DNA of 64,000 bases, taken from the NCBI GenBank assembly GCA_013239625.1, contig MU053468.1, forward strand, positions 124,001 to 188,000. The letters run 5' to 3'. The position numbers were made by a program, and so were the translations under genes. This DNA is from Lama guanicoe. Its lineage: Eukaryota. Below, in pieces: positions 45,506-59,009 of the stretch. The notes under the pieces were generated by a model that was not told the DNA's origin, did no database searches, and worked only from the letters and a program-made list of their open reading frames with translations. Positions within the stretch are counted from its first letter, which is position 1. Every line of letters starts with the position of its first letter.

Positions 45506-47586
45506 CTCATGTGGCTCCTGCCCTGTCTCTTCACTCCGGCCTTCTGTGCTCTCAGTGATGTAGTTCTCAGCTTTCCACAGGTCAGTATCCCCCTCTGCCT
45601 GGGACAATTTTTCTTTTTGCTGTTCACTGAGCAGCTTTATCAGAAGGCCTGTTCTGGTGAAAAACTTGGCACAGGACAGCTTCACGTGCGTCTCAGAGCA
45701 GTCCATTTTGAGAGTTCGGATCAAATGAGAAATGAGGCCTCTCATATAACCATTTGGTACGATCGATTGTAGCTGCTGGTTTACCTGGAGTTCAAACTGA
45801 TCACCCAAGGATGAAAGCCCTGGGGAAGTGAAGCTGGTGGGTTTAGAGGGTAACTCAGTGCCCAAGTTGTGGTATTCCCGTTGTGTTTCGTCCGTGTGTT
45901 CAACAGTTGGCACAAAGTTGCCTGTAGTAACAGAATATGCGCTGGGAACATCCGTACGGGCAGCGACTTCAGAGAGAGAGACTGTTCCTTCCGGCACAGT
46001 AGCCTTTCCTGCGAGAGGGTCTGAAGAAGAAAATAATTCTGGTGGGTTTTCATGAGAATTTAGTTCTCCTGAAGAAATAGCTTCTCGTGAAGGAGAATTT
46101 ATGAAGCTCCTCACTGCAGAGGAGGGAGGCCTGCTTGCAGACGTTCTCCTGAGGAGCTCTTTCCTTTTCAAATTTCGATTCCTTTGGGCCTGGAATAAGC
46201 TATGCATCGCATAAGAGCGACTACCAAGGAACAGGCGTTGTTTTCTGGGATGTGAGGTTGGTTTAGAAGCTTCCATATTTCTAACTATACGTTCTGCATC
46301 TTCTAAAATACTGTAGGAGGAGTCTTTTGATTCCTGTCTAACCTCAGATTTAGGAGGGCTGGGGGTAGGGGGCACGGAAGAAGAGACTGCTGCTTTGTCT
46401 TCATTTATAAGTGAGGGTTTTGTGTTGAACGAGCTTCCCACTAACTTCCGGGGCCTCCGCATCATGTGAAGCTGCCCCCCCGCTCCTGGGGACTGCCTCC
46501 TGAGTGCCTCTTCCTTGGCAGCGTTCTCCATAGCTGGCTGGGCATCCTGTTTGCTCCAATGCATCAGTTCATTGACACTTTCTTTGATGACGACATCTGG
46601 GTCCTTGAAGACCCAGTCCACTCCCCGCAGCCTTTCCCCTACACTCTCAGTGTTTGCTGGGCTGTTTTCCTGTGGTTGGGCAGTGTCCAGTTGCTTTTCA
46701 TCCTTGGCAGCGTTCTCTATAGCTGGCTGGGCATCCTGTTTGCTCCAATGCATCAGTTCATTGACACTTTCTTTGATGACGACATCTGGGTCCTTGAAGA
46801 CCCAGTCCACTCCCCGCAGCCTTTCCCCTACACTCTCAGTCTTTGCTGGGCTGTTTTCCTGTGGTTGGGCAGTGTCCAACTGCTTTTCATCCTTGGCAGT
46901 GTTCTCCACAGGTGTCTGGGAATTCTGTTTCCTCCGACGCATCAATTTTTTGACACGTTTTTTGATGATGCCATTTGGGCCCCTGAGGACCCAGCCCACT
47001 CCCCGCAGCCTTTTCCCTACACTCTCAGTCTTGGCTGCGCTCTTTTCCTGTGGTCGGGCAGTGTCCAATTGCTTTTGAAAGGCCTGCCGTAATTTGTGAC
47101 CCAAAGGGTCGGCACGTACGAGCCTGGCAGCTTTTTCCTTCTTTTCAACTTCATCGATTGTTTTTTGCATTTCTGAATCTGACCATTTTTTCAGATGATA
47201 GAATCTCTGCAGTTTATTTTTAAAAGGTAAATTGTTGGATTCAGGTTGAACAAAACGGTCCCTTGTGTTTTTTTCCAAATAACCCAGGGACTTATCTCCA
47301 TCTTGTAGATGTGAAAAGAGAAGTTTAATGAATGGTAAAAATGCTGTCTCTAAATCGTCTAGATTTCCCTCCGAGAAATAAGGCAGTACATAATTTAGTG
47401 CACTGATAACATCAATTTCGTCATTAAAGTCTAGCTGTTTATCGACGAAGGCTGAGAAGCTGACACCATGTTCGTCCGAGGACGCCTTCTCTGGCTCAAT
47501 AATCAGCTCGGTGCTGGTATTATTTTTCCGGGCTTGTAACACCTTCATGAGCGATCCTTCTATGTTCCCTACAGCTGCTTCTTCAC
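45506..47586 (-). CDS. LRRC37A: LRRC37-family large ectodomain exon (includes conserved LRRC37A/B C-terminal region)
   Basis: ttgacag|GT...CATGAG|gtgagg; 2081 nt within the 743-aa ORF 45422-47653. Hallmark motifs MKVLQARKNNTSTELIIEPE and GDQFELQVNQQLQSIVPN...LIRTLKMDCSETHVKLSCAK...WKAENYITESTE. Confidence 0.95.
46508..47074 (-). repeat. Coding tandem repeat, 3 x 189 bp (63 aa)
   Basis: Anchor ccttggcag recurs at 46513, 46702 and 46891 (period 189); protein unit KQLDTA.PQE...AKDE. Confidence 0.95.
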
Positions 47587-48338
47587 CTGTCAAAAAAGAA
47601 GTCTTTTTGGTAACTGAAGGCTGATGGACAGTTTTTCGCCAGTCCACAGCCACATATCCCAGTCAAATAAATTAGAAATCAGCAAATGTCTGCGTGCCAC
47701 TTAGAGAGGGGAAAAGAAACCTCACAACAGAAGGTGAAAAAGATATATTTTGAAAAAGTGGCTATCTACTCAGAAAATTCCATGGTGTGAAACAGAGTGA
47801 CAGTGTTTAGGATTAGTCCACTGGTTTCAAGGGGCCAACTGCCGGGTACTCAAGAGAAGTCAAGGCTGGGAGGACAGCTGTCCCCCACTGTAACCCCTCA
47901 CTTCCATACACACTGCCCCGTCCTGCCTCAGACGCAGAAGAGTGTGAGGCTTCCGCTCTCTGCCTCCTCAGTGTGCTCGTGTCCTGCTCCCATCACAGGT
48001 GATCACGACAACACCCGCTGCTAACAGGTCCTCATCTGGATGTGACCTTTTCCACTTACCCCCAGTTCTACTCCTTGTTTCCTGCTCCCATATACCCAGT
48101 CCCCATGACAGGAGGCTCTATACAGAGAGAAACACCATGCCCACCCTGGCTCTCTGCTAACATGTGGGCAGGGCTGCAGGTTAAGCGATTTGCCAGGCTA
48201 TATGCAAATGTGGAATGTTCAACAGATCAGTGGAATAATACTTGAAGTCCTAAAACGCAGATGGGAAAAAGCAACTGTTGTCAGATGTCTACTTTGCTTT
48301 CATTTCATTTCACTCCTAGTATTCCCAGCTTCTGACTT

Positions 48339-48494
48339 GGGGTGGAGGGGATAGCTCAGGGGTAGAGTGCCTGCTTACCATACATGAGGTCCTGGGTTCA
48401 ATCACCAGCACCTCCATTAAAAATAAATAAAGGAGCTTAATTACTTCCCCTCTAAAAATAAACAAAAACATTTTTTAGAAAATTAAAAACAAAA
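48339..48494 (+). mobile_element. tRNA-derived SINE (Vic-1-like)
   Basis: ggtggaggggatagctcaggggtagag...ctgggttcaatc...A-rich tail; near-perfect TSD agcttctgactt / agcttctaactt. Confidence 0.85.
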
Positions 48495-49568
48495 GCTTCT
48501 AACTTTCTGAAGGTCATGTGTACCCCTGTGCAGCTGGGTCTCTCTTACAGAAGGATTAAAAGTATTTTTGGTGGTGGTGGTTAGGGTCAGAGGAGGAGGT
48601 GAGGGTCAGAGGAAGAGGTGAAGGTTCATGAGAAAGGAGGAACAAGAGGTCACAGACAGCCCGAAACCACGGACAGAAGATCTAGGCCCTAGGCCACAGC
48701 ACTTAACACCTCTGATCTTGCTTTTGCTCACTGTAAAAGGAGATTTAAAATGCCTGTTCTGCCCACTTCAGGGGGACAAGGAACTAATATAATCAGTAAA
48801 AAAAAAAAAAGTCTGGAAAATTAGGAACGTTTTTATGTCAGTAGCAAAATGCTGTTATTTATAATGTGCTCCAGCTCATTGATAGGGACCAGTATTCAAG
48901 CTGCCTGGGCATGAAAGCACATTTGGGAAGTCATCAAGTTATGTGCCAGTAAATCTAATGTATACAAAAATCTTTGAAAGCATCTTAGTGTTTTGTGGAT
49001 AGAAATGCTTGAGATTCAGAGCAAGTTCAGAGCTGGACAGTCTAAGAATAAAAGAGCCATCCCATCCACTGGAAGGGCTAGGTAGCAGCTTCTGGTTATG
49101 GAACCAGAAACTCTCAGGCTCCAAACAAAACATAAAACACCACCAATTGTATTCTTTTATAAAACTGCAAAAGTAAAATAAACAAAAAGATATTTACACT
49201 TGCCCCAAAGACAAAGCGTACTTGAGACCTAACGGATATTAAATCAGGTTACAAACTGTGATGCACTGTATGAGAAAGTTCTCATTTGGGGGTAAGGCAT
49301 CAAGCAGAGAGCACAGTATACAATATGTGGTCATGAATGTTAATTCCCTTCCCACTTCCATGCCTTTCTCTTGTTCCTCTATGTATGTGGATCAGTGACA
49401 TTACTAAGCTAACAATGTAACTGAGGTATTATGAGTTTCATAATGTAACTGAGAAGCTGACTTTTAGCAAAGGAGGGGGTCTTAGAAATTTAGGGAATTG
49501 AAGCTGAATGAATGAATAAAAATAATTCTATTACATCATATGTTTAAACATTTTATCATCACTCATTA

Positions 49569-49766
<198 letters not shown>

Positions 49767-50249
49767 TTAAATAAGTGGTAAAACAGTGACTTGAGTAGGG
49801 AGGCAGGCCAAGGCCACCATAGGGCAGTGAAGAAAGGAGTTCTTAGGGCACATGGCCTGGAGAATTGGACAGGGGCCAGTTGGCCAATTGCTGCTCTTAA
49901 CTGTTGTAAGTAAATACAGAGGAGCACAGAAGTGCCCAACAGAAGGGTAAGGATGGCAGTGGGTGTCGGTGTGCCTAGAAAAAAGGTGCTAGGGATTAGA
50001 ATTGGGTGACACTGATCTGTAGTTTAATTCAGAAGTATCTCCTCCCAACCCTAAAGTCTCACTTTGGGTTGAGAGTGCACAGGAAGAGGGCAGACTTCTA
50101 AGAAGAGTCTGAGTAAGTCCCCAACTTCTGGAGTCCCTTTGTCAATTCCTAGTTGTGAGTTGGAAATGTATTAGAAATTACTCTGGGGATTAAAAAAACA
50201 CTGTGGTTAAATAATAACAGATCACATTCGCCAAGTCTGGATAACCTAA

Positions 50250-50880
50250 ACATTCAAGAGAAAAACGTTGAGGTAAAACAATTATATTAAAGAAGAGCAT
50301 ATGAGTTCATAGTAATACTCAAAGTCGGGGGAGCACTTTACAGAACAATGCCAGCGAATAATGTAGAAGGACAGAGAGAATTAGGGAAGTGCCATTTGCA
50401 ACTACAGTGTGACACTCAATTCAGAATGAAATTACCATTGATGCACACTTGGGTGAAGAGTGTTTGAAAGTAGGATCTTCACGGATTCCAAACTATCACC
50501 CCATAGAATATTTACTAATTACCAAGGGAAAAGATAACTTTACAATGGAGAGATACGGTGATACCACTTTAATCAAGTGGTCAAGCTTAGCATCAGGCAA
50601 CCTGAAGCGATGAAGTAGGAAGGATGTATCGCCAGGATATCTATTCTTCCTCAGAATGCTTACTTTGGATCTAATTAAGACACAGACAAATTCAGATTGT
50701 GGGGCAATTTATAAAAAACTGGCTTAGGCTCTGCAAAAATGCCAATGTCATAGAAGACCAACAGCAATGACAAAAAAGCAGTAGAGAAATATTCTAGGTT
50801 AAAGGAGACAAAGACATGACATGAAATACCTAATCTTCGACTGGACCCTGTATCTAAACTAAACAGACTTAAGAATGTTA
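50250..50880 (+). mobile_element. Ancient L1ME-like 3' fragment
   Basis: tttactaattaccaagggaaaagataactttacaatggaga and ttctaggttaaaggagac motifs, shared with the 1850-2625 fragment. Confidence 0.6.
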
Positions 50881-50884
50881 TTCA

Positions 50885-53800
50885 CTTCTGGCTCAGATGA
50901 AGTAACAGGGAAACATTTCACCTCCTATCTGAAACATTGAGGCGGGGGACAGACTAAATATATGAAACAAAGAGTTTTTAAGAAATTGGACCTCTTGCAA
51001 TAAAGTTCAGTCATCCCCAAGAGATGGGAAATAAAAATGAAGTGATCCCTATGACTCCCCTAGTTTACATCGTTCAGAGAGTTTCCAGGTCATGGTACAG
51101 GGAGGAGAGACTCAGGCAGAAACTGGAGGACTCCCTGACTGGGGAACTGGAAGAGTCCAGGAAAATCAAGGTGCCTAGAGTTCACAAAGCACAGCACTAG
51201 AGAGAAAAGAGGTGCACAGACAAAGAACTCTGGAGATACGCAGAGGGATCTCTCGAGTATTCAACAAAGTACTGGTCAGTGCATGCGTGTGAGGAGTTAC
51301 TTGAGGCCAGGAAAAGAACCACATGAAAGGATTAATGATGAGGGTAACTGGATGTGACACAGTGTTGGGAATAGGACCCATCCCTACAGGCCAGATGCTC
51401 AGAAAAGCCTTCTCTCAGTAGTTGTGAATGATAAGCTCTAGGCTAAAGGCTACTTCTGGTCATACCTAATCCAAAAGGATAAAACTGACTTCACCCAAAA
51501 CAAAGCTCAAGCATATTTATAGGAATATAAAAATATGTAGCACACCATAAACTAAAATTCACAATGTCTGGAATCAAATGAAAAATTACCAAGCATGCAA
51601 AGGAGGAGGAAAGTAAGTGCCATATTGAGGAGAAACAGCCATCGATCAAAACTAACCCAAAATCTATACAGATGTTTGAATCAGCAGAACAGGACATTTT
51701 AATAGATATTATAACTACTGGTAGATGTTAAAAACTCAGATTAAAGACTGAAAATGTGAAGTATAGGCATGGAAGAAATAAAATAGACCCAAATTGAGCT
51801 TCCAGAGGTTAAAAACAATGTTTTCAATTGAAAAGGACACTGGATGGGATTAATGGTAGATTAGACACTGCACAAGAAAGGATCAGTGAATATTAAGGAA
51901 ATATCCAAAATGAAACACAAAGAGAAACAAGACAAATCAGCAAAAATGAACACAGCATCATTTGATGAGCTGTGCAACAACTTCAAGTGGCCTAATACAT
52001 GTGCACTTAGAGTCCACGAAGGAGACATACAAAAACTTGAATAATGGCCAAAAATTTTCCAAAATGCTAAAACATGATAAATCCACAAAGGCAAGGTCAA
52101 TGAACATTAAGCATTAGAAACATGGATAAAGCTAAACCAAGGCACAAATCATAATCAAATTGCTCAAAGCCAGCAATAAATAGAAACTCTTAATAGAAGC
52201 CAGAGGAAAAAACTATGCATTACATAAAGAGGAACAAAGAGGAACAGTGACAGTGATTTTTTTTTTTGTTGGAAACAATGTAAGCCAGAACTCAGTGGAA
52301 TAACACCTTTAAAGTACTCAACTGGGGAAAGGGGTACCCAACAATTACCAAGCTGGAATTCTATACCCAGATCTTTCAAAAACAAAAGTAAAATAAAGAC
52401 TATCTCAGACATACAAAAGCGGAAAGAATTAATCACCAGTAGACTTTCACTGGAAGAGATACTAAAGGAAGTATTTGTAAGCAGATGGAAATATGGGTCT
52501 ACACAAAAGAATAAGAACACCGGAATTGGTAACCACACAGGTACATAAATAATATTTTTCTTATTAAATATCTTTAAAATGTAACTGATCATTACATGAA
52601 AAAAAAATATAGTGTGCTGTTTATAACATAAGTAAAAATAAATTATAACAAAAACAGTAGCACAAAGGCCAGGAGAGGAAGAATGGAAGTACACTACTGT
52701 GAGGTTCCTATATTGTCCATGAAATTGTATAATATCACTTGAAGATAGACTGTGATAAGTTAAATATGTACAACTATAAACTATAAAGCAACCACTAAAG
52801 TAACAGAACCTGAACTATAACTAGTTAGCCAACAAAGGAAATAAAATAATAAAATGTACTCAATCCAAAAAAAGCAGGAAGAAAAAGAGGAAAACAGAAA
52901 GAAAGCACAGACGGAACAAATAGCAAGATAGAAGATTTTAAGTGTAATCACATCAATAAACACATTCAATATAAACACTCTAATCATCCTAATTAAAACA
53001 GTTGTCACACTAGCCAAAAAAAAGCAAAAGCCAACTATATACTGTCTAGAAGAACTATTTTCAATACAAAAATAACAGGCTTAAAGGATGGAAAAATTTG
53101 TTCCAATCTAACACTCATCTAAAAAAAGCTGGAGTGGTTATATTACTTTAAGACAAAGTCAGTGTCAAAACAAAGAGAATTGCTAGGGATAAAGAAGGTT
53201 ATTTCACTATGAGAGAAGGTCAATCAATGAAGAAGGAAGGCATAACCTAAAAATTTATGCACCTGACTACAGAACTTCAAAATCTATGAAGGAGGAATGA
53301 CAATGGCAAGGAGAAACAAACAAAACACCTAGCATTATAGTTAGGGATTTCAATATTCCCCTCTCAATAATTGATAGAATAGGTAGGTAGAAAATCAGCA
53401 AGGATACAGAAGACGTGAACAGCACTATCAACCTACTTGGCCAAATTGACATTTATAGGACACTCCACCCAAATCGGCGGAATACACGTTTTCCTCCAGG
53501 TGGACACGTAACATTTACCAAAACAGACCATATTCTGGTGTATTCCAACAAATTACTGGCTATAAAACCAGTCTCAATAAATTTAAAATGATTTCAGTCA
53601 TTCAGTATATGTCTCTGACCACAATGGAATTAAATTAGAAATTAACAAATCTGAAAAATCTCCAAATATTTGGAAATGAAACAACACACTTCGAAGTAAC
53701 CTTATAGTCAAAGAATAAGTCAAAGGGAAATTAGAAACAATTTTGAACTGACTGAAACTGAAAACGTCAACATGTGGGATATTGCTAACGCCATACTCAG

Positions 53801-56800
53801 CTTCCTCAGCTTCCACCTTAAACTAGAAAAAGAACAATTTAATCATAGCGTAAGAGAAGGAAGAAAATAATAAAGGTCAAAGTAGAAATGAAATGGAAAA
53901 CAGAAAAATACTACGAGTATTGAAAGGATAATGAGAATATAATAAAATGCTTTATACCAATAAATTCAAGATGGGATGGATGAATTTCTGGAAAGATGTG
54001 CACTACTAAAGTTTACTTGAGAATGAATACATAACTTAATAGCATTATTAAAGACATTGGATGTGCAATTTAAAATCTTCCCACAAAGAAAGCTTCAAGC
54101 CCGCATAGCTTCCCTGGTAAATTCTACCAAACATTTAAGGAACAACTAATACCAATTTTACACAAACTCTATCAGAATGTTGAAGAGGAGGGAATAGTTC
54201 TCAAATCATTTATAAGGCCAACTTTCAACATATCAAAACTGGACAGTGACATTACAAGAAAAGAAGACTACGGACCAATATTTCTCATAAACACAGATGA
54301 AAAAATTCTTAGCAAAATTTTAGCCTATCAAATCAAGGAATATATAAAAAGATGATACATCATAACCAAGTAGGGTTTTTCTCAGTAATGCAAACTTGGT
54401 TTAATATCGGAAAATCAATGTAATTTATTGAAGTTAAAATACGAAAAAAGAAAAACCATATGATCATGTAAATAGACACAGAAAAAATAGGACAAAATCT
54501 AACATCCATTCCCGATTAAAGAAAAAACCAGTCCGCAGGAAACTAGGAATGGCAGAAAGCTTCCTCAACTTGATAAATGCCTTCTACAAAAAACCTAACA
54601 TCATATCTAATGGGGAAAGACAAAGTGCTTCCTCTCCACAATCAGGCAAGGATGTCCACACTCATTATTTCTATTAGATACTGCAGTGAAGGGTCTAGCC
54701 AGTGCAACAGGGCAAGAAAAATAAATAACAAACAAACAAACAAATAAATAAAATTCACAATGGAAAGGAGGAAGTAAAACTTTCTTTGCAAATGACATGA
54801 TTATGTAGAAAACCTGATGGAATCTACAAAAAAAACTACTGAAACTAATAAATGAGTTTACTAAATTTGCAGAGTGCAAGACCAATATACCAAAAACTAA
54901 TTTCTCTCAACAAATAATGAGAAATTAAAGTTTTAAAACACTACTTAGAGTAGCATTAAAAGTATAAAATACTTAAGAAAAACTCTGACAAAAGATGTAG
55001 AACATCTGCACACTGAAAATTATAAAATATTGCTGGGAAAAATTAAGGAAGACCTAAGTAAATGGAGAGATATAACATGTTCATGGATCAGATGATTCAA
55101 TATTGTTAAGATGTCAATTTTTCCCAAACTGATTTACAGATATAAATCCCAGTAGGCTTTTCTATAGAAAGTGACAAGTTAATTCTAAACTTCACATGGA
55201 AACGTGAAGTTCCTAGAATAACTGAAACAACTATGAAAAAGAGCAAAGTTGGAGAACTAACACCACCTGATTTCAAGACTTATGAAGCTACATTTTCAAG
55301 ATATTCTGATATTAGTGGAATGATAGACAAAAAGACCAAAGGAACAAAACATAAAGTCCAAAACTAGAGTGATATGAACTAATGACTTTTAGCTTCAAAG
55401 GCAGTTGAGTAGAGAAGGCATAGTCTTTTGAAGAAATTTTGCTAGAACAATTGAATATCCACAAAAAAAAAAAAAAATCCAAACCATATACATAAATGAA
55501 GTCAAATTGATTCAAAGATCTTTACATAAAATCTAAAAGTATAAAACTTCCAGAAGAAAATGGGAAATTTTTTATGACCTTGACTTAAACAGGATTTCTT
55601 AGACACAACACCAAAAGCATTGTCCATTAAAAAAAAAAANNNNNNNNNNNNNNNNNNNNNNNNNNNNNNNNNNNNNNNNNNNNNNNNNNNNNNNNNNNNN
55701 NNNNNNNNNNNNNNNNNNNNNNNNNNNNNNNNNNNNNNNNNNNNNNNNNNNNNNNNNNNNNNNNNNNNNNNNNNNNNNNNNNNNNNNNNNNNNNNNNNNN
55801 NNNNNNNNNNNNNNNNNNNNNNNNAGAAGCATAAGATGTTTGACATGATTAATCATTAGGGATGCTGCACTGAGATGCCACTATGTAATTATTAAACTAT
55901 CTAAAGTTAAAAATAATGACCATAGCAACTGTTGGCAAAAATGTGAAGAAAACGGAACTCTCATACCTGCTGGTAGAGATGTAAAATGGCTGGACAATTA
56001 CGGAAAATGGTCTTTCAATTTAAACATACACCTATGAATGATCCAGCCACCCTACTGGCAGGTATTTACCCAAGACAAATGGAAGTATACACACATACCT
56101 AATAGAGAGGTTAAAATTTTTCTTAAAACCTGAAATATAAGGATCAGGTAAAGCTGTGGAGCAACTGCAACTCTCATGCTCTGCTGTTGGGAATGCAAAA
56201 TGGTACAGTCATTGTAGAAAACAGCTTAGCAGTTTCTTAGAAAGTTAAACATGCACTTGGCATAGGATGCAGCAACCCCACCCTTAGGTATTTTGTCCCA
56301 AAGAAACGAAAACATATATTCACACAGAATGTATGTTTACACATACATGAGGGGTTTTAGCGGCTTTATTCATAACAGCCAGAAAACCAGAGACAATTCA
56401 AGTGTTCTTCCCCTGATGAATGCATAAACAACTGTATATCCACACAACTGGACCACTACTCAGCAATAAAGAGAAATGAACTACGGACAGGAATAACAGC
56501 ACGGATGAATCTCCAGAGACTGGCTAAGTGAAAGAAGCCAAAAACAAAAGGCCGCATACCCTATGACTTAACTTACAAGGCATTCCGGAAAAGGCAAAGT
56601 TATAGGGACAACAATCAGACTGCTGGTTGCCAGGGCTGGTGGTGGGAGGAGGGGACTGACCTCAGAGGCACATGAGGTGACTTTTGGGGCTGCAGAAGTT
56701 TTCTGTATCTCAGATGTGGCAGTGGCTATATAACTACACATTTGTCAAAACAGCAAACTCTGTAAAAAGAGTGAATTCTACTATATGAAACTTATGCAAC

Positions 56801-56815
56801 AATAAACCTGACTTA
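50885..56815 (+). mobile_element. Old, near full-length degenerate L1 (L1M-type), antisense in an LRRC37 intron
   Basis: A-rich sense strand with ORF1- and ORF2-like remnants (e.g. tctctgaccacaatggaattaaattagaa, ttctaccaaacatttaagga, aatattgttaagatgtcaatt) and 3' end caataaacctgactt. Many stops; includes gap 55640-55824. Confidence 0.88.
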
Positions 56816-56878
56816 AGAAAATAATAAAACTTATAAAAAACAATGAACTGAAAATAAATGTAATAAAAATCAACTTAC

Positions 56879-56953
56879 AGTTTTTTCAATTCAACGCTTA
56901 TCATGAGGATTCTTTCAATTGTTGTAAGCGAGACTTCTGTTTTTCCCAGGTCT
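56879..56953 (-). CDS. LRRC37A: LRRC37-family LRR exon
   Basis: ccttcag|A...AAACT|gtaagt; DLGKTEVSLTTIERILMISVELKKL; 75 nt. Confidence 0.92.
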
Positions 56954-57443
56954 CTGAAGGAAAAGCCCAAAGAGGCATGATATAAACCCAAAGACAAAAA
57001 TTCTACACTTAAAAAGATAATTAATATGTGATTATTTCAATTCTGGCTTCTTACTTGCCATAGACAGTAATCCCAGGGAGCTCTTATTGAAGAAATTTAA
57101 ATTTACTTGCATCATTAAATTACTGACCTCGGTCGGTGCTGAACAGGACCATCTTTCTTTTTTTTTTTAAATAATGTACACTTTATTCCATTTTGCTTTC
57201 TGGGATAAATCTTATTTTTTCATGTTTGATCTTTGTAAGTGATTTTCAACACAATTTTCTTCCACTGCTGGCTGTCTTACCCATGTACATTCTTTCGTAC
57301 TCCTTTTCTTTACCAACAACTCTTACCTCAATAACCCATTTAAAATTTAAATTATGACTTCTTAGCCAAAATCCTCAATCTCTGATGAAACTAAAAAAGA
57401 GCAGAAATCAACTCAAGAGCCATAAGACTGTTGCAATACTTAC

Positions 57444-57515
57444 AAATATCGTAATGCTGGCAATTTAAAAAGGTAAGAATCTTCAACTGTCTTCAGGGGA
57501 TTATGACTGAGATTT
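57444..57515 (-). CDS. LRRC37A: LRRC37-family LRR exon
   Basis: tttttcag|A...TATTT|gtaagt; NLSHNPLKTVEDSYLFKLPALRYL; 72 nt. Confidence 0.92.
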
Positions 57516-57738
57516 CTGAAAAATAGAATGGCAGTAAAATTATCTGCATTTTCAATAATGTTCATGAAAGTTTATATTCATTTTTATGGCATGAAACTTA
57601 AAGGTAAAAAAGAATCATTTTCTGAATTTACCTAGAAATCACCCTTAGAATTTGTAAAGTTCTCTTCATTTGGGAACTACCCAGGTGTCTAGATGATAAA
57701 CTAGAGAATAGAAAGAGAAAAAAATAGAGGGGGAAGTG

Positions 57739-58047
57739 GATAGCAAAGAAAAAAATATGCTAAAGAACTTTTTAGGTCAAAAACCCAAGAAGGGACTATG
57801 CTGGTAGGAAGCCCTTCCTCTGTAAGAAATACTATTTCTAGTGTCCTCTGTAAATCAAGGCATTTTTCTTTAATCTCTAGGAATTTTTTAAAAGATAGCA
57901 AAGAAAAAAATACTCTAAAGAACTTTTTAGGTCAAAAACCCTAGAAGGGACTATGCTGGTAGGAAGCCCTTCCTCTGTAAGAAATGCTATTTCTAGGGTC
58001 CTCCGTAAATCAAGGCATTTTTCTTTCATCTCTAGAAATTTTTTAAA
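57739..58047. repeat. Tandem duplication, ~155 bp x2
   Basis: gatagcaaagaaaaaaa...aggtcaaaaacc...tctaggaattttttaaa starts at 57739 and again at 57894, with a few substitutions. Confidence 0.93.
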
Positions 58048-58599
58048 TTTCATGTTTTAAACTACCCAGTTAAAGACAAAAGTGGGACCAATCCCTTGCT
58101 TCTGGAGCTGAAGAGAAAAATACAAGAGGAACTGGGGAGACTCACACTCCCATTGCACACTCCCATGTGTGTTCTTCGGTCACAGCCTTTGCTACCGTGT
58201 GTGGGGTCACCTCTTTACTTGTCAGTCTCCTGGATTGTCAGCTCCATGAGAGCAAGGACTATACTTTATTGTCATTGTCATCTCTGTGCCTGACACAGTG
58301 CCTAGTATTTATTAGGTACTTAAGAAATGTTTGTTGAATAAACATCATTTTGTTTATATATCAACAAAGTGACAAATTCATTTTTTGAACAAATTTTTAT
58401 TCCAAAACGCTGGAATAGATTTTCTTCTCAATTCTTTGAAACAAACAAGAAAAAGAAAATAAATTTTAAAAACCCAAAAGAAACAAGAAGAAAGAAAATT
58501 TGCCTTTAGGTTAATTAACTCTATTCAAGAATCATTAGTGTACTTTTGCAGAATATTATAAAGATAATCAGAACTAATGCCTTTTGGATTGCCAGGTAT

Positions 58600-58790
58600 C
58601 TATGATTAACATTTAATATTTAATCCTCACAGTAACCTTATGCAATAGATAATATTATTATCCCATTTTACAAATGAGGAAACCAAGGCACAGAGAAGTT
58701 ATATAACTTGTCCTAACTCATCAAGCTAGTAAGAAGCAGAGCTGGAATTTGAACTCAGTTCTGACTCCAAAGCCTGTGTTTAACCTGTAT
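58600..58790 (-). mobile_element. MIR SINE (other MIRs at ~7830-8020, 17740-17960, 31950-32120, 43210-43410)
   Basis: MIR core taatcctcacagtaacc...cccattttacaaatgaggaaaccaaggcacagaga...ctgactccaaagcc. Confidence 0.8.
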
Positions 58791-58794
58791 TTAA

Positions 58795-59009
58795 AAGAAG
58801 AAGAAGAAAGAAGAGGGAAGAAAGAAGAAAGAAGAGGAAGAAGAGGAAGAAGAGGAAGAGAGAAGGAAGAAGGAAGAAGAAGAAGGAAGAAGGAAGAAGA
58901 AGAAGAAGAAGAAGAAGAAGAAGAAGAAGAAGAAGAAGAAGAAGAAGAAGAAGAAGAAGAAGAAGAAGAAGAAGAAGAAGAAGAAGAAGAAGAAGAAGAA
59001 GAAGAAGAA
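58795..59009 (+). repeat. Polypurine tract ending in pure (GAA)39
   Basis: Uninterrupted GAA from 58893 to 59009, preceded by ~100 bp of degenerate GAA/GGAA. Confidence 0.97.

Noticed and set aside
46466..47092. Repetitive plus-strand ORFs (208 and 187 aa)
   Set aside because: Antisense shadows of the LRRC37 coding repeat.
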